From positions 32,001 to 96,000 of the forward strand of contig JBFFUI010000003.1 of NCBI GenBank assembly GCA_041571435.1: DNA of 64,000 nt, given 5' to 3'. This document shows, piece after piece, positions 19,109-27,640 of this stretch. The stretch comes from Sulfurimonadaceae bacterium. GTDB taxonomy: Bacteria; Campylobacterota; Campylobacteria; Campylobacterales; Sulfurimonadaceae. Every line of letters starts with the position of its first letter. The first letter of the stretch is position 1. The notes under the pieces were generated by a model. That model did no database searches and was not told the origin of the DNA. It saw only the letters and a program-made list of their open reading frames with translations. A program made the translations under genes and the position numbers.

Positions 19109-19477
19109 TTAAAAGATCGTTTGCAGCAGGTCGGTATAGACCACAACATAGAGCAAAACCGCCTGAAGCAACGCAATAAACCAGAACATCATCTGAAAGC
19201 TGCGCTTTGTCGTCTTATGCCAAAAAAGCTGCTGTGCGAAGATGGCGGCAGGGGTCGCCCCTGCAAAGGCCAACAGGTGGAGCAGACTTTCCGGTACCCT
19301 CAGCCAACTGCGCTTTGCATAAAACTTGTCAAGCGCATACATGACAAATCCGGCACTGTTGACAGTTGCGATATAGGCCCAGACCGGTTGGAGATGCATG
19401 CGAAACCTAAACAGAAAAAAGAAAAGGGCCAAAAGCATAAAGCTCAGTACGGCATAGCGTATAAAAGCTCTGCTCAC
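19109..19477 (-). CDS. DUF1294 family membrane protein
   Basis: YALDKFYAKR.WLRVPESLLHLLAFAG..PAA.FAQQLFWHKTTK.SF motif. Confidence 0.88.
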   Translation of the reverse strand: MSRAFIRYAVLSFMLLALFFFLFRFRMHLQPVWAYIATVNSAGFVMYALDKFYAKRSWLRVPESLLHLLAFAGATPAAIFAQQLFWHKTTKRSFQMMFWFIALLQAVLLYVVVYTDLLQTIF

Positions 19478-19479
19478 GC

Positions 19480-19680
19480 CTACCCTTCCAGTTTAAAGCG
19501 GCACTCGCCTATCGTGATCACTTTGCCGTTTTGACCTGCTTCTTTGATGTACTTGAGCGTGCCGGCACCATCGCCCATCTTCATCTCGTCATCGATAAGA
19601 CGGATCGCCTCTTCGTCCGAGACCTTGATCCACACTTTTTCATAAATAAACTGCGTCATTAATTGTTTCTGTTTTTTCAT
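19480..19680 (-). CDS. Small hypothetical protein
   Basis: 66-aa ORF, 2 bp from the DUF1294 gene, with host-like codon usage. Confidence 0.65.
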   Translation of the reverse strand: MKKQKQLMTQFIYEKVWIKVSDEEAIRLIDDEMKMGDGAGTLKYIKEAGQNGKVITIGECRFKLEG

Positions 19681-19794
19681 GCGCTAATGATATAATAATT
19701 CCAGTTAACATGCCTGTTATATTTTCAGGAAAAAAGATGCCTGTATCGCTTTTAGCGCTGCGGTATATCGACGCTGCGTGCAGAAAGGTGACCA

Positions 19795-20484
19795 TTGCAA
19801 AAAGAACTGCTTAAAGACCTCAGGATCCTCTATGTTGAAGATGAAGAGGATGTCCGCCGCAGTGCGGTCGAATACTTAAAACGTATCGCCAAAGAGGTAT
19901 ATGAGGCTGGTGACGGCAAAGAGGCCATCCAAGTCTGGCTCCAGGAAAAACCCGACATCATCATCACCGATATCAGCATGCCCCGTCTCAACGGTCTCGA
20001 CATGGCGCGTTACATCCGCTCAAAAGACCGGGATGTGCAGATCATCGTCGCAACGGCCTATACCGACACCGACTACCTCATGCAAGCCGTTGAACTCAAC
20101 CTGGTCAAGTACCTTGTCAAACCCGTTACCAAAGAGAAACTCCAAAATGCTCTCAGCCACTCTGTAGAGAAGATAAAAGATGAAAACAAATTCTCTGTCC
20201 GACTCTCGCCTGAGTGCCAATATAATGCCTACAGCCAACATGTAGAGTGCGGAGACGAGCAGACCAAGCTGACAAAAAACGAGATCCTCTTCATGGATCT
20301 TCTGGCCCACCATGTCAACCGGACCCTCACCTACCAGGAGATCGAAGATGCCATCTGGCCTTATGAGGGGATGAGCCAAGACGCGATCCGCTCCCTGGTC
20401 CGCGGTCTCCGAAAAAAACTTCCCGACGGTGCGATCGACAATGTCTCCGGTGTCGGCTACCGCCTGCAGGTCTACACACTCTAG
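19795..20484 (+). CDS. OmpR-family response regulator
   Basis: YVEDE, TDISMPRLNG, YLVKP and winged-helix C-terminus NVSGVGY. Confidence 0.93.
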   Translation: MQKELLKDLRILYVEDEEDVRRSAVEYLKRIAKEVYEAGDGKEAIQVWLQEKPDIIITDISMPRLNGLDMARYIRSKDRDVQIIVATAYTDTDYLMQAVELNLVKYLVKPVTKEKLQNALSHSVEKIKDENKFSVRLSPECQYNAYSQHVECGDEQTKLTKNEILFMDLLAHHVNRTLTYQEIEDAIWPYEGMSQDAIRSLVRGLRKKLPDGAIDNVSGVGYRLQVYTL

Positions 20485-20555
20485 TACGCATCCTTGCACC
20501 CTTTTAAGCAGAATTCATCTAAAATTCTATCTATCCACTCCATAAGGAAGCACCA

Positions 20556-21092
20556 TTGAAAGCCAGAACAACCCTGATTTTTTTAACACTGAGTCTATTT
20601 ACCAACCTTCTCTACGCTGATGCCATTTTAAATATAGATCAGCCGGTAAGAAATCTGAAAGTCAGCAGCGATCAGATGAAAAATGCCATTGTCAGCGCTG
20701 CAGAGGAGCAGAGATGGATCGTCACGTCGGAAGGCGAAGGGCGGATGAGCGCGACCTATCACCGCTCCAACTATATGGCCAAGATCTCTATCAGGTACGC
20801 ACCTACTTTCTACACCATCAACTATGCCGACTCAAAGCGTCTGCGTTACACCGGGACAAGCATTCATCCGACCTACAACAAGCTCATCAAAGCACTGCAG
20901 ATAAACATCATCCGTAACCTGAAGAGCGGTGACTTCACTGAGAAGAGTGATACCGAGACGGATACGACACCGGTTGATGGTGAAGGTGATGTCCGTACAA
21001 AACTGATCGACCTCAAACAACTTTATGAAGACGGATTGATCAGTCAGGACGAGTACGATGCAAAACGCAAGGCTATAATCGACTCATATTAA
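20556..21092 (+). CDS. Exported protein with C-terminal SHOCT domain
   Basis: Signal peptide; YTINYADSKRLRY...IHPTYNKLI; C-terminal KLIDLKQLYEDGLISQDEYDAKRKAII. Confidence 0.75.
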   Translation: MKARTTLIFLTLSLFTNLLYADAILNIDQPVRNLKVSSDQMKNAIVSAAEEQRWIVTSEGEGRMSATYHRSNYMAKISIRYAPTFYTINYADSKRLRYTGTSIHPTYNKLIKALQINIIRNLKSGDFTEKSDTETDTTPVDGEGDVRTKLIDLKQLYEDGLISQDEYDAKRKAIIDSY

Positions 21093-21133
21093 AAATTGTG
21101 TAGAATAACCCTAAAATTGTCCAAGGAAACAAC

Positions 21134-21832
21134 ATGAATAAACTTAAAGTTCTCGCACTCTCACTGCTCTTGGCCGCGCCGATGGTCATCAATGCAGCGG
21201 GTATGGGCCTCTATGTGCCTGTCAGTTTTGCCAACAGCAGTTCTGTCACCAAGAACTATGATACAGACTTGATTCCCGACCAGGACGTTGATATTGACTA
21301 TAAACCGTCGGCAGGGTTCGGTATCACCTTTGATTCCAACATCGGTAAAGATGCTCTGTTCAACTACCGCTTGGGTCTGGAGTTGATGCAACAGACGATG
21401 GATACGGTCAACGGCGACCCCTGTACAGGTGAGTGTGAAAACGCAAGGTTCAACATGCTCCACACCTTCGGGTTCGGCGTTCTACGCACTCAGAGAGTCA
21501 GACTCTGGGTCGGGCCGAGGATCAACATTGCGTACGAATGGGATACGGGCGATTATGGCTATTCTCGCGGCGGGGTTGAATTTGGTATTGCACCGGCAGT
21601 CGGTGTGAATGTCAACCTTGAGCGCGTCGTCTCGCTCGCAGCAGATATCGACTACAAGGTAGCGGCGACTGTCGGCGGATGGGACAGCAATATCCCATTT
21701 GACGGCGGCAGTTATTCAGGTTCGACCACAGGTCCTACTGCACGTTTCTACGTTCTCTTCAGATTCGGTGAGCAGTTTCAAAAGCCGGCACCGCAATCTG
21801 CAAACCAAGCTGTGATCGACCAGAGTCTTTAA
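21134..21832 (+). CDS. Outer-membrane beta-barrel protein, paralog 1
   Basis: Signal peptide; alternating amphipathic strands (FNYRLGLE, HTFGFGV, RLWVGPRINI, ARFYVLFRFG). Confidence 0.8.
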   Translation: MNKLKVLALSLLLAAPMVINAAGMGLYVPVSFANSSSVTKNYDTDLIPDQDVDIDYKPSAGFGITFDSNIGKDALFNYRLGLELMQQTMDTVNGDPCTGECENARFNMLHTFGFGVLRTQRVRLWVGPRINIAYEWDTGDYGYSRGGVEFGIAPAVGVNVNLERVVSLAADIDYKVAATVGGWDSNIPFDGGSYSGSTTGPTARFYVLFRFGEQFQKPAPQSANQAVIDQSL

Positions 21833-21840
21833 TCTCTTAA

Positions 21841-21869
21841 AGAGCGGCCTTTTCAGACCGCTCTTTTTT
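21841..21869 (+). terminator. Rho-independent terminator
   Basis: AGAGCGG...CCGCTCT followed by a T-tract. Confidence 0.8.
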
Positions 21870-22000
21870 CCCTTCATATCATACTCATCACATTCCTATT
21901 TTAAACATAACAAATTCAGCATACTATTACTCCTTCTAATATTCTTTCCTGTATTATAGAATGTTAAAAATATCGTTGCGTACACATCCAAGGAGTTAAA

Positions 22001-22699
22001 ATGAACACAATGAAAAAAATGGCGCTCTCACTTCTGTTGACAGTCCCAATGGTCGCGAGTGCAGCCGGTATGGGTGTTTATATCCCGTTCAACATCACTG
22101 AAAACGAAGAGATCGAGTATGATTCGTTGTTTACAGGTACATATGACCATGAATACAAGCCTAGTGCCGGCTTCGGTCTTGCTTTTGACACCAACATCGG
22201 AAAGGACAGTCTCTTCAATTACCGCTTGGGACTGGAATATTCCCACGCAGAGCTGGACAACTTAAATGGGAACACGCTTCCATCTGGTACCGAATATACC
22301 AAAGATAAATACAACATGGTCCATACTTTCGGTTTCGGTGTACTCCGTAAAGAAAAAGTGCGGCTCTGGGTCGGACCACGTATCAATATCCAGCTTGAAA
22401 GCGGTGAGTTCTCAAGTAGCTCAGGCACTATTTGGACGCAAGACAGTGTTGGTTTGGGTCTCGGTCTGGCTGGCGGTGTCAACGTAAACCTGGGCCGTGT
22501 CGTCTCTCTTGCTGCAGATTTAGACTATCATGCTGTTGCAATTTCAGGTACAGAAGACAGTGCCCTGTATTCCGTCAACTATTCTGGTGTTAACAGCGGG
22601 GTTACCGCCCGTTTCTACCTCCTGTTCCGTTTCGGCGAGACGTTCCGAGAACCAGTACCGCAAGCTGCTAACCAAGGCCTTATCGACCCAAGTCTTTAA
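22001..22699 (+). CDS. Outer-membrane beta-barrel protein, paralog 2
   Basis: Same conserved strands as paralog 1; AGGAG RBS. Confidence 0.8.
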   Translation: MNTMKKMALSLLLTVPMVASAAGMGVYIPFNITENEEIEYDSLFTGTYDHEYKPSAGFGLAFDTNIGKDSLFNYRLGLEYSHAELDNLNGNTLPSGTEYTKDKYNMVHTFGFGVLRKEKVRLWVGPRINIQLESGEFSSSSGTIWTQDSVGLGLGLAGGVNVNLGRVVSLAADLDYHAVAISGTEDSALYSVNYSGVNSGVTARFYLLFRFGETFREPVPQAANQGLIDPSL

Positions 22700-22707
22700 G
22701 CGCTCAA

Positions 22708-22735
22708 AGCGGCCGCTTTGGGCCGCTCTCTTTTT
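22708..22735 (+). terminator. Rho-independent terminator
   Basis: AGCGGCC-GCTTTG-GGCCGCT followed by CTCTTTTT. Confidence 0.75.
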
Positions 22736-22846
22736 CAAAAAACAGATATCCTTGTCCCCTTTTCACAAGGTCATCGACACACCATTCTTCAGAAACATAT
22801 CAAGTAAAAGCACCTATACTATTGTAACTCACATCCAAGGATACAC

Positions 22847-23344
22847 ATGAAGTTCTTACAAACACTGGTCATTATTGCTGCAATTGTCTTCTTCTCTGCC
22901 TGCGGTGGCAGCCGTGCTCCTAAAGTTGTCCCGGCAACGCCTGTCAACAACTCTGTTCCGGCTGCACAGAGTGAAAAAGAGTTGCACGACAATATTGTAC
23001 TGCTTGCCAAATACAAAAAGTATCAGATCCTTAGTGACGACGCAAAGAACAAGATGCGTATCAAGTATGACCGTATGTATACGGACAAACAGACAAAGGA
23101 GGTCAAACTCCACTCAAGCATCACCTATGATGTGAAGAACACCGCCAATGACTATACCTTCTCTTATGTAGACAGTACAAACCTTGGATACAACGATGTC
23201 AATATCAGCAGTACCTATACGCGTTATATCAACATGTTTGACACTGCTTTAAAACGCATGTATAACGACCCTGTCTATCTCGAACGTATGCGCAACATCG
23301 TGGCTGGTAAAAATCCGGATGGTACTGAAAAGGCACCAAAATAA
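22847..23344 (+). CDS. Lipoprotein related to 20556..21092
   Basis: Lipobox FFSA-C; YTFSYVDSTNLGY..VNISSTYTRYI aligns with the YTINYADSKRLRY..TSIHPTYNKLI motif. Confidence 0.75.
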   Translation: MKFLQTLVIIAAIVFFSACGGSRAPKVVPATPVNNSVPAAQSEKELHDNIVLLAKYKKYQILSDDAKNKMRIKYDRMYTDKQTKEVKLHSSITYDVKNTANDYTFSYVDSTNLGYNDVNISSTYTRYINMFDTALKRMYNDPVYLERMRNIVAGKNPDGTEKAPK

Positions 23345-23374
23345 CAGTCTCCGCTAATCGTAAGGAAAAATGCC

Positions 23375-24079
23375 ATGACTAAAAAAATATTTTTTTCCTG
23401 CGGCATTTTCTTTCCGCTCTTCTTGCATGCGGTGGGCATGGGGGTCAGTGTGCCGATCACGTTCTATGAAAAAGAGAAGCTCAGCTACAGTACCTCTGAC
23501 ATCTCCACTACGACATACTACTACGAACCTCACAGCGGGGTAGGTTTTGTGTTCGATAGCAATGTCGGTCAGGACAAGACCTTCAATTACCGTTTCAACT
23601 TTGAGTACTCCATCGCCGACATCGAATCCAGCAGCCGTCTCTACTCCAGCAACTTGCGAAAACACAAGTTTAATTTTGTAAACACCTTCGGTTTTGGTGT
23701 CATACAGGAGAGATATCTGCGTTTTTGGGTCGGGCCGCGTATCAATATCCAATACGAACACACCTCGAGTGACTCCAATATCAGGGCACAGAACAGTTAC
23801 GGCATCGGCCTTGCTGCAGCAGCCGGTCTTAACGTCATCTTGGCAGAGCGCTTATCGTTAGCATTCGATGTCGATTATCACGGGACACTGCTGTTCGGCG
23901 GAGAGAGTTATCGGGATTATGACGGGACTACAACCGGTGATGTCACACACTACAGCGGCTACATCGGTACCAATAGAGACTTTACGGTACGCCTCTACCT
24001 GCTGTTTGTCTTCGGCGAGCAGTATGAGCAGAACGCAGTGACGCCTGAAGAGAACTCTGTCATCGATTACAGCCTGTAA
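23375..24079 (+). CDS. Outer-membrane beta-barrel protein, paralog 3
   Basis: GMGVSVP, FDSNVGQDKTFNYR, NTFGFGV, FWVGPRINI and RLYLLFVFGE; ends IDYSL. Confidence 0.8.
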   Translation: MTKKIFFSCGIFFPLFLHAVGMGVSVPITFYEKEKLSYSTSDISTTTYYYEPHSGVGFVFDSNVGQDKTFNYRFNFEYSIADIESSSRLYSSNLRKHKFNFVNTFGFGVIQERYLRFWVGPRINIQYEHTSSDSNIRAQNSYGIGLAAAAGLNVILAERLSLAFDVDYHGTLLFGGESYRDYDGTTTGDVTHYSGYIGTNRDFTVRLYLLFVFGEQYEQNAVTPEENSVIDYSL

Positions 24080-24089
24080 GCCGGAGCGT

Positions 24090-25961
24090 TCACTTCTTCA
24101 ACGTTATTGCGAAACAGGCACCTTCATCGCTGTTATAGACTTTGATCTCTCCGTTTAAGTGTTCTTCTACGATCGTCTTTGACATATAGAGCCCCAAGCC
24201 TGTTCCGCTCTTTTCACCTTTTGTCGAGAAGTACGGTTCAAAGATCTTCTCCTGTATCTCTTCTGTGACACCGCCGCCGTTGTCACAGACGGTAATCGTT
24301 ACCGTCTTACTCTCTTCAGTAACGACGATGCTGATCTTAGGGTGGTCGACTTCACCGCTTAGCAGTACATCTTTGGCATTGGCGATAAGGCTCAGGATGA
24401 CCTGTAGTAGTTCATTGCGGTAGATCATCAACCTTGCATCGCTCTCCAGACTCATCTCCAATGTGATATTGTTTGAGGCAAGCGGCTTTTCGACAAGTGT
24501 GACAACATGTTCGATCACCTCGCTGATCTGTTCGTTACTACGCTCTTTGTCCGGCTTGAAAAAGTTTTTAAAGTCGTCGATGGTGTGCGACATATATTCC
24601 AAAAGCCTTGTCCCCTCTTTGACCTTTTCATCCATATACTCGGGTGTCAACTCTTTGAACTCATAGGCAGAATCAATGTTCATCAAGACATACGACATCT
24701 GGTTGAGCGGTTGGCGCCACTGGTGGGCGATCATGGAGATCATGTCCCCCATAGCTGCCATCTTTGACTGCTGGATCAGCATCTTCTCTTTTTCTCTGTG
24801 GGCGTTGACCTCCTCTTTGACCTGTTCCTGCAGTGAGATGTTCAGTTCACGCAGCGCTGCATCACTACTGTCGAGCTCCTCTTTATAGTTCCGGATGATC
24901 GCAATGATGTGGCGTGAGACAATAACAGTCAAGACACCGACCAGCAGAGCGATAAAAATAGAGACATAGACAATAAAGCGCATCTCCTGATCGATCTCTT
25001 TTTTCATCTTGGTCTGCTGGTCTTGCAGTACCGAGTTGAAAAATTCTTTCTTGAACCCGTAAATGATATGCCAATCGAAAGGTTCGAAATAGTGGACATA
25101 GATATGGGCATTTTCTTTCGGCAACTCTATCCAACCGTTCTCTTTGGCCAGATGTTCGCCCATCTTTTGCAAAAGTGTTGGTGCAAGCGCTGTTTCGTTC
25201 TTATCTGAGATAAGAATCAGTTCACTGCCTTCGAAAATAGCGACATAGCCGGAACGGTCTTTTGGGGAGGTGTCGAGCAGGTGCAGGAGTTCGACCTTTT
25301 TCTCATGCATCGCACGGTCAAGGTGAATACCGCTGCCAAAGAACCATCCGAAATGATCAAAATCCACTACCTTCACCAGCTGCCGGGAATCCCCTTCTCT
25401 AAACCTGGTTTTGATATACCCCTCGCCGTATTTTCTGGCCATCTGTATCTCTTCGAGTATGATCGCCCGTCCGTCGGCATCGGTAAAGCCCGAAATGTTT
25501 TTGTGTTCAGACTCCCCGCTGTCAGAGAGAATACTGTTGCCCTCGTAATCCGTGATCCAGACGTAGTTCTCTTTGCCGTGCCAGGTCATACTGCTAAGCG
25601 CATCGACGATACGCTCTTTGATGGCCTTTTCAGAGAGCCGCCCCCTGTATTTGTCGTAGATGAATGATGCCGACTCATGCGCAAGCTGCAGACGCTCGTC
25701 CAACTCTTTTTTAACGCTCTCGTCCAAGTGTTCATAATTGTAGTTTGCAATGATGTTGATATCCTTGACAAACTCCTCACCCTGACGTTTTTCACCCATA
25801 ATATATTCGTCCAGATACCGTGCGGCGTTCTCTTTGAAATAGTAGTTGAGTTTATCGATATAGAAAGAGGTGATGACCACCGTCAAAATGGCAATAGCGG
25901 TCAGCGGTGTAATACTGATGAGACGCAGGGTCCATCGTTCGCGGAAGGCCTTAAGATTCAT
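24090..25961 (-). CDS. Cache-domain sensor histidine kinase
   Basis: TM-Cache (NYVWITDYEG, TDADGRAII, GEGYIK)-TM; IAHQWRQPL, DNGGG, FEPYFSTK and GTGLGLY. Confidence 0.92.
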   Translation of the reverse strand: MNLKAFRERWTLRLISITPLTAIAILTVVITSFYIDKLNYYFKENAARYLDEYIMGEKRQGEEFVKDINIIANYNYEHLDESVKKELDERLQLAHESASFIYDKYRGRLSEKAIKERIVDALSSMTWHGKENYVWITDYEGNSILSDSGESEHKNISGFTDADGRAIILEEIQMARKYGEGYIKTRFREGDSRQLVKVVDFDHFGWFFGSGIHLDRAMHEKKVELLHLLDTSPKDRSGYVAIFEGSELILISDKNETALAPTLLQKMGEHLAKENGWIELPKENAHIYVHYFEPFDWHIIYGFKKEFFNSVLQDQQTKMKKEIDQEMRFIVYVSIFIALLVGVLTVIVSRHIIAIIRNYKEELDSSDAALRELNISLQEQVKEEVNAHREKEKMLIQQSKMAAMGDMISMIAHQWRQPLNQMSYVLMNIDSAYEFKELTPEYMDEKVKEGTRLLEYMSHTIDDFKNFFKPDKERSNEQISEVIEHVVTLVEKPLASNNITLEMSLESDARLMIYRNELLQVILSLIANAKDVLLSGEVDHPKISIVVTEESKTVTITVCDNGGGVTEEIQEKIFEPYFSTKGEKSGTGLGLYMSKTIVEEHLNGEIKVYNSDEGACFAITLKK

Positions 25962-27276
25962 CCTCGTCTCCTAAGAGCGGCAGACTCTTTTTTGGTTTCA
26001 GTCCCAGTTTTTTCATCGACTCCACCCGATTAAGCAGATTGCCCCGCCCCGTACTGAGTTTGTTCAATGCGCTCTCATAACTCTCCTGCGTCTTGCCGAT
26101 CTGCGTTCCGATCTTTTTGAGGTCGTCAACGAACATGACAAATTTGTCATAGAGGTTTTCAGCCTGTCTCGCGATCTCCTGGGCGTTCTGTTCCTGACGT
26201 TCACTGCGCCAGATATGCTCGATGGTCCGCAGCGTCACCAAAAGTGTCGAGGGGCTGACGATCATGATGTTCTTTTCGTATGCCCTGCTGAAGAAGCTGC
26301 CGTCTTGTTCCAGCGCCAGCAGAAAAGCACCCTCTATCGGCATGAAGAGCAGGATGAAGTCAAGCGTATGCACCCCTTCGAGGTTCTCGTACTTTTTATC
26401 GGAAAGCCCTTTAATGTGGGCATTGATCGAGGCGAGGTGCTGTTTGAGCGCCCGCTCTTTCTCTTCGGGACTCTCGGCACTCATAAAACGTTCGTAGGCG
26501 ACCAGCGAGACCTTGGAGTCGATGACAAGGTCTTTTTGCTGCGGCAGATGGATGATCACATCCGGACGAAGCGTATTGCCCTCTTCGCCTTTGAAACTCC
26601 CCTGTGTCTCATACTCCATCCCTTTACGCAAGCCCGACTCTTCCAAAATGCGTTCCAGGACGATCTCGCCCCAGTTCCCCTGTGTCTTGTTCTCACCCTT
26701 GAGCGCACTGGTAAGGTTCTTGGCATCTTGTGTGATCTGTTCGTTGAGTTCACGCAGTCGCGAAAGCTCTTTGTGCAAGACGGCGCGCTCCGAGTTCTCT
26801 TTGACGAAGCGCTCTTCCGTCTGTTTCGAGAAGCTGGTGATCTGTTCACGGAACGGTTTCAGCAGCAGATGCAGACGCTCCTGCGAGCTCTCTTCAAAAC
26901 GCTTTGTCTTGGACTCGAATATCTCGTTGGCAAGATGGTTGAACTGCTGCTTGAGCGTCTCTTTCGCTTCATCAAGCAGTTTGATCTTTTCGTTGTTCGC
27001 CGAAGTGGCATCCTCATGACGGGTGTGCAAGACGGCGTAGTCCCGCTCAAGCGCATTGCGCTCCTCATTCAGTGATCCCAACTGCGTATTCAGGTTCGCT
27101 ATTTCATCGTTTTTATGAAGAAGCTCTTCGTCAAGTCCTGCTATCTTCTCATCGCGCTCCGACAACAGCAGTTCATACTGTTTCGTTCTTAGGTAGTAAC
27201 GGACATAGAGGACCGTAAAGAGTACTGCAGCTGCCGCTGTGATCGAAAGTAAAATGTACACAAAATTGATTGGCAT
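25951..27276 (-). CDS. rmuC: DNA recombination protein RmuC
   Basis: Coiled coil; KTQGNWGE..LE, RPDVII.LP, IDSKVSL, DFILLFMPIE and VSPSTL motifs. Confidence 0.95.
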   Translation of the reverse strand: MPINFVYILLSITAAAAVLFTVLYVRYYLRTKQYELLLSERDEKIAGLDEELLHKNDEIANLNTQLGSLNEERNALERDYAVLHTRHEDATSANNEKIKLLDEAKETLKQQFNHLANEIFESKTKRFEESSQERLHLLLKPFREQITSFSKQTEERFVKENSERAVLHKELSRLRELNEQITQDAKNLTSALKGENKTQGNWGEIVLERILEESGLRKGMEYETQGSFKGEEGNTLRPDVIIHLPQQKDLVIDSKVSLVAYERFMSAESPEEKERALKQHLASINAHIKGLSDKKYENLEGVHTLDFILLFMPIEGAFLLALEQDGSFFSRAYEKNIMIVSPSTLLVTLRTIEHIWRSERQEQNAQEIARQAENLYDKFVMFVDDLKKIGTQIGKTQESYESALNKLSTGRGNLLNRVESMKKLGLKPKKSLPLLGDEDES

Positions 27277-27380
27277 AATGTTCCTTATGATGTTCTATAT
27301 TATAGCAACCCTAGTAGATAAACCGCATAAATATTGCATCTTCTCGCATTATTGCTATTATTTCGCTATAATTCCATTAC

Positions 27381-27493
27381 TTAAACTTTTGAGCCTTTTT
27401 TAAGGATAATCCTTAACGCAAAAGTATGGGGTAACGCTGCAAGATGCAAAGACCCTCTAGAGAGCCCAGGTGGGCCAACTCCTAAAAGTTTAA
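27381..27493 (+). promoter_or_regulatory. Structured 5' leader (candidate cis-regulatory RNA) of the DEAD-box helicase
   Basis: Starts about 8 nt after TATAAT (27367-27372). Closing stem TTAAACTTTT/AAAAGTTTAA encloses TTAAGGA/TCCTTAA, GGGT/ACCC with TGCA/TGCA, and GCCCA/TGGGC. Confidence 0.55.
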
Positions 27494-27640
27494 AAAACAA
27501 CTGGACATCTTTTAAACTAAATTTCTATGATCGGTAATCCAAGATAATATTTATTTACACAAGGGCATCTTTAAACACCCCTGGCTTTACAACCGGATGC
27601 TTAAAGATTCCCTTAGATGTTCTACGCACAAAGAGAATAC

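Noticed and set aside
27381-27493. Assignment of the helicase leader to the c-di-AMP (ydaO) or Moco riboswitch
   Set aside because: Only scattered short resemblances; core conserved segments are missing and the gene context does not fit. Left unassigned.
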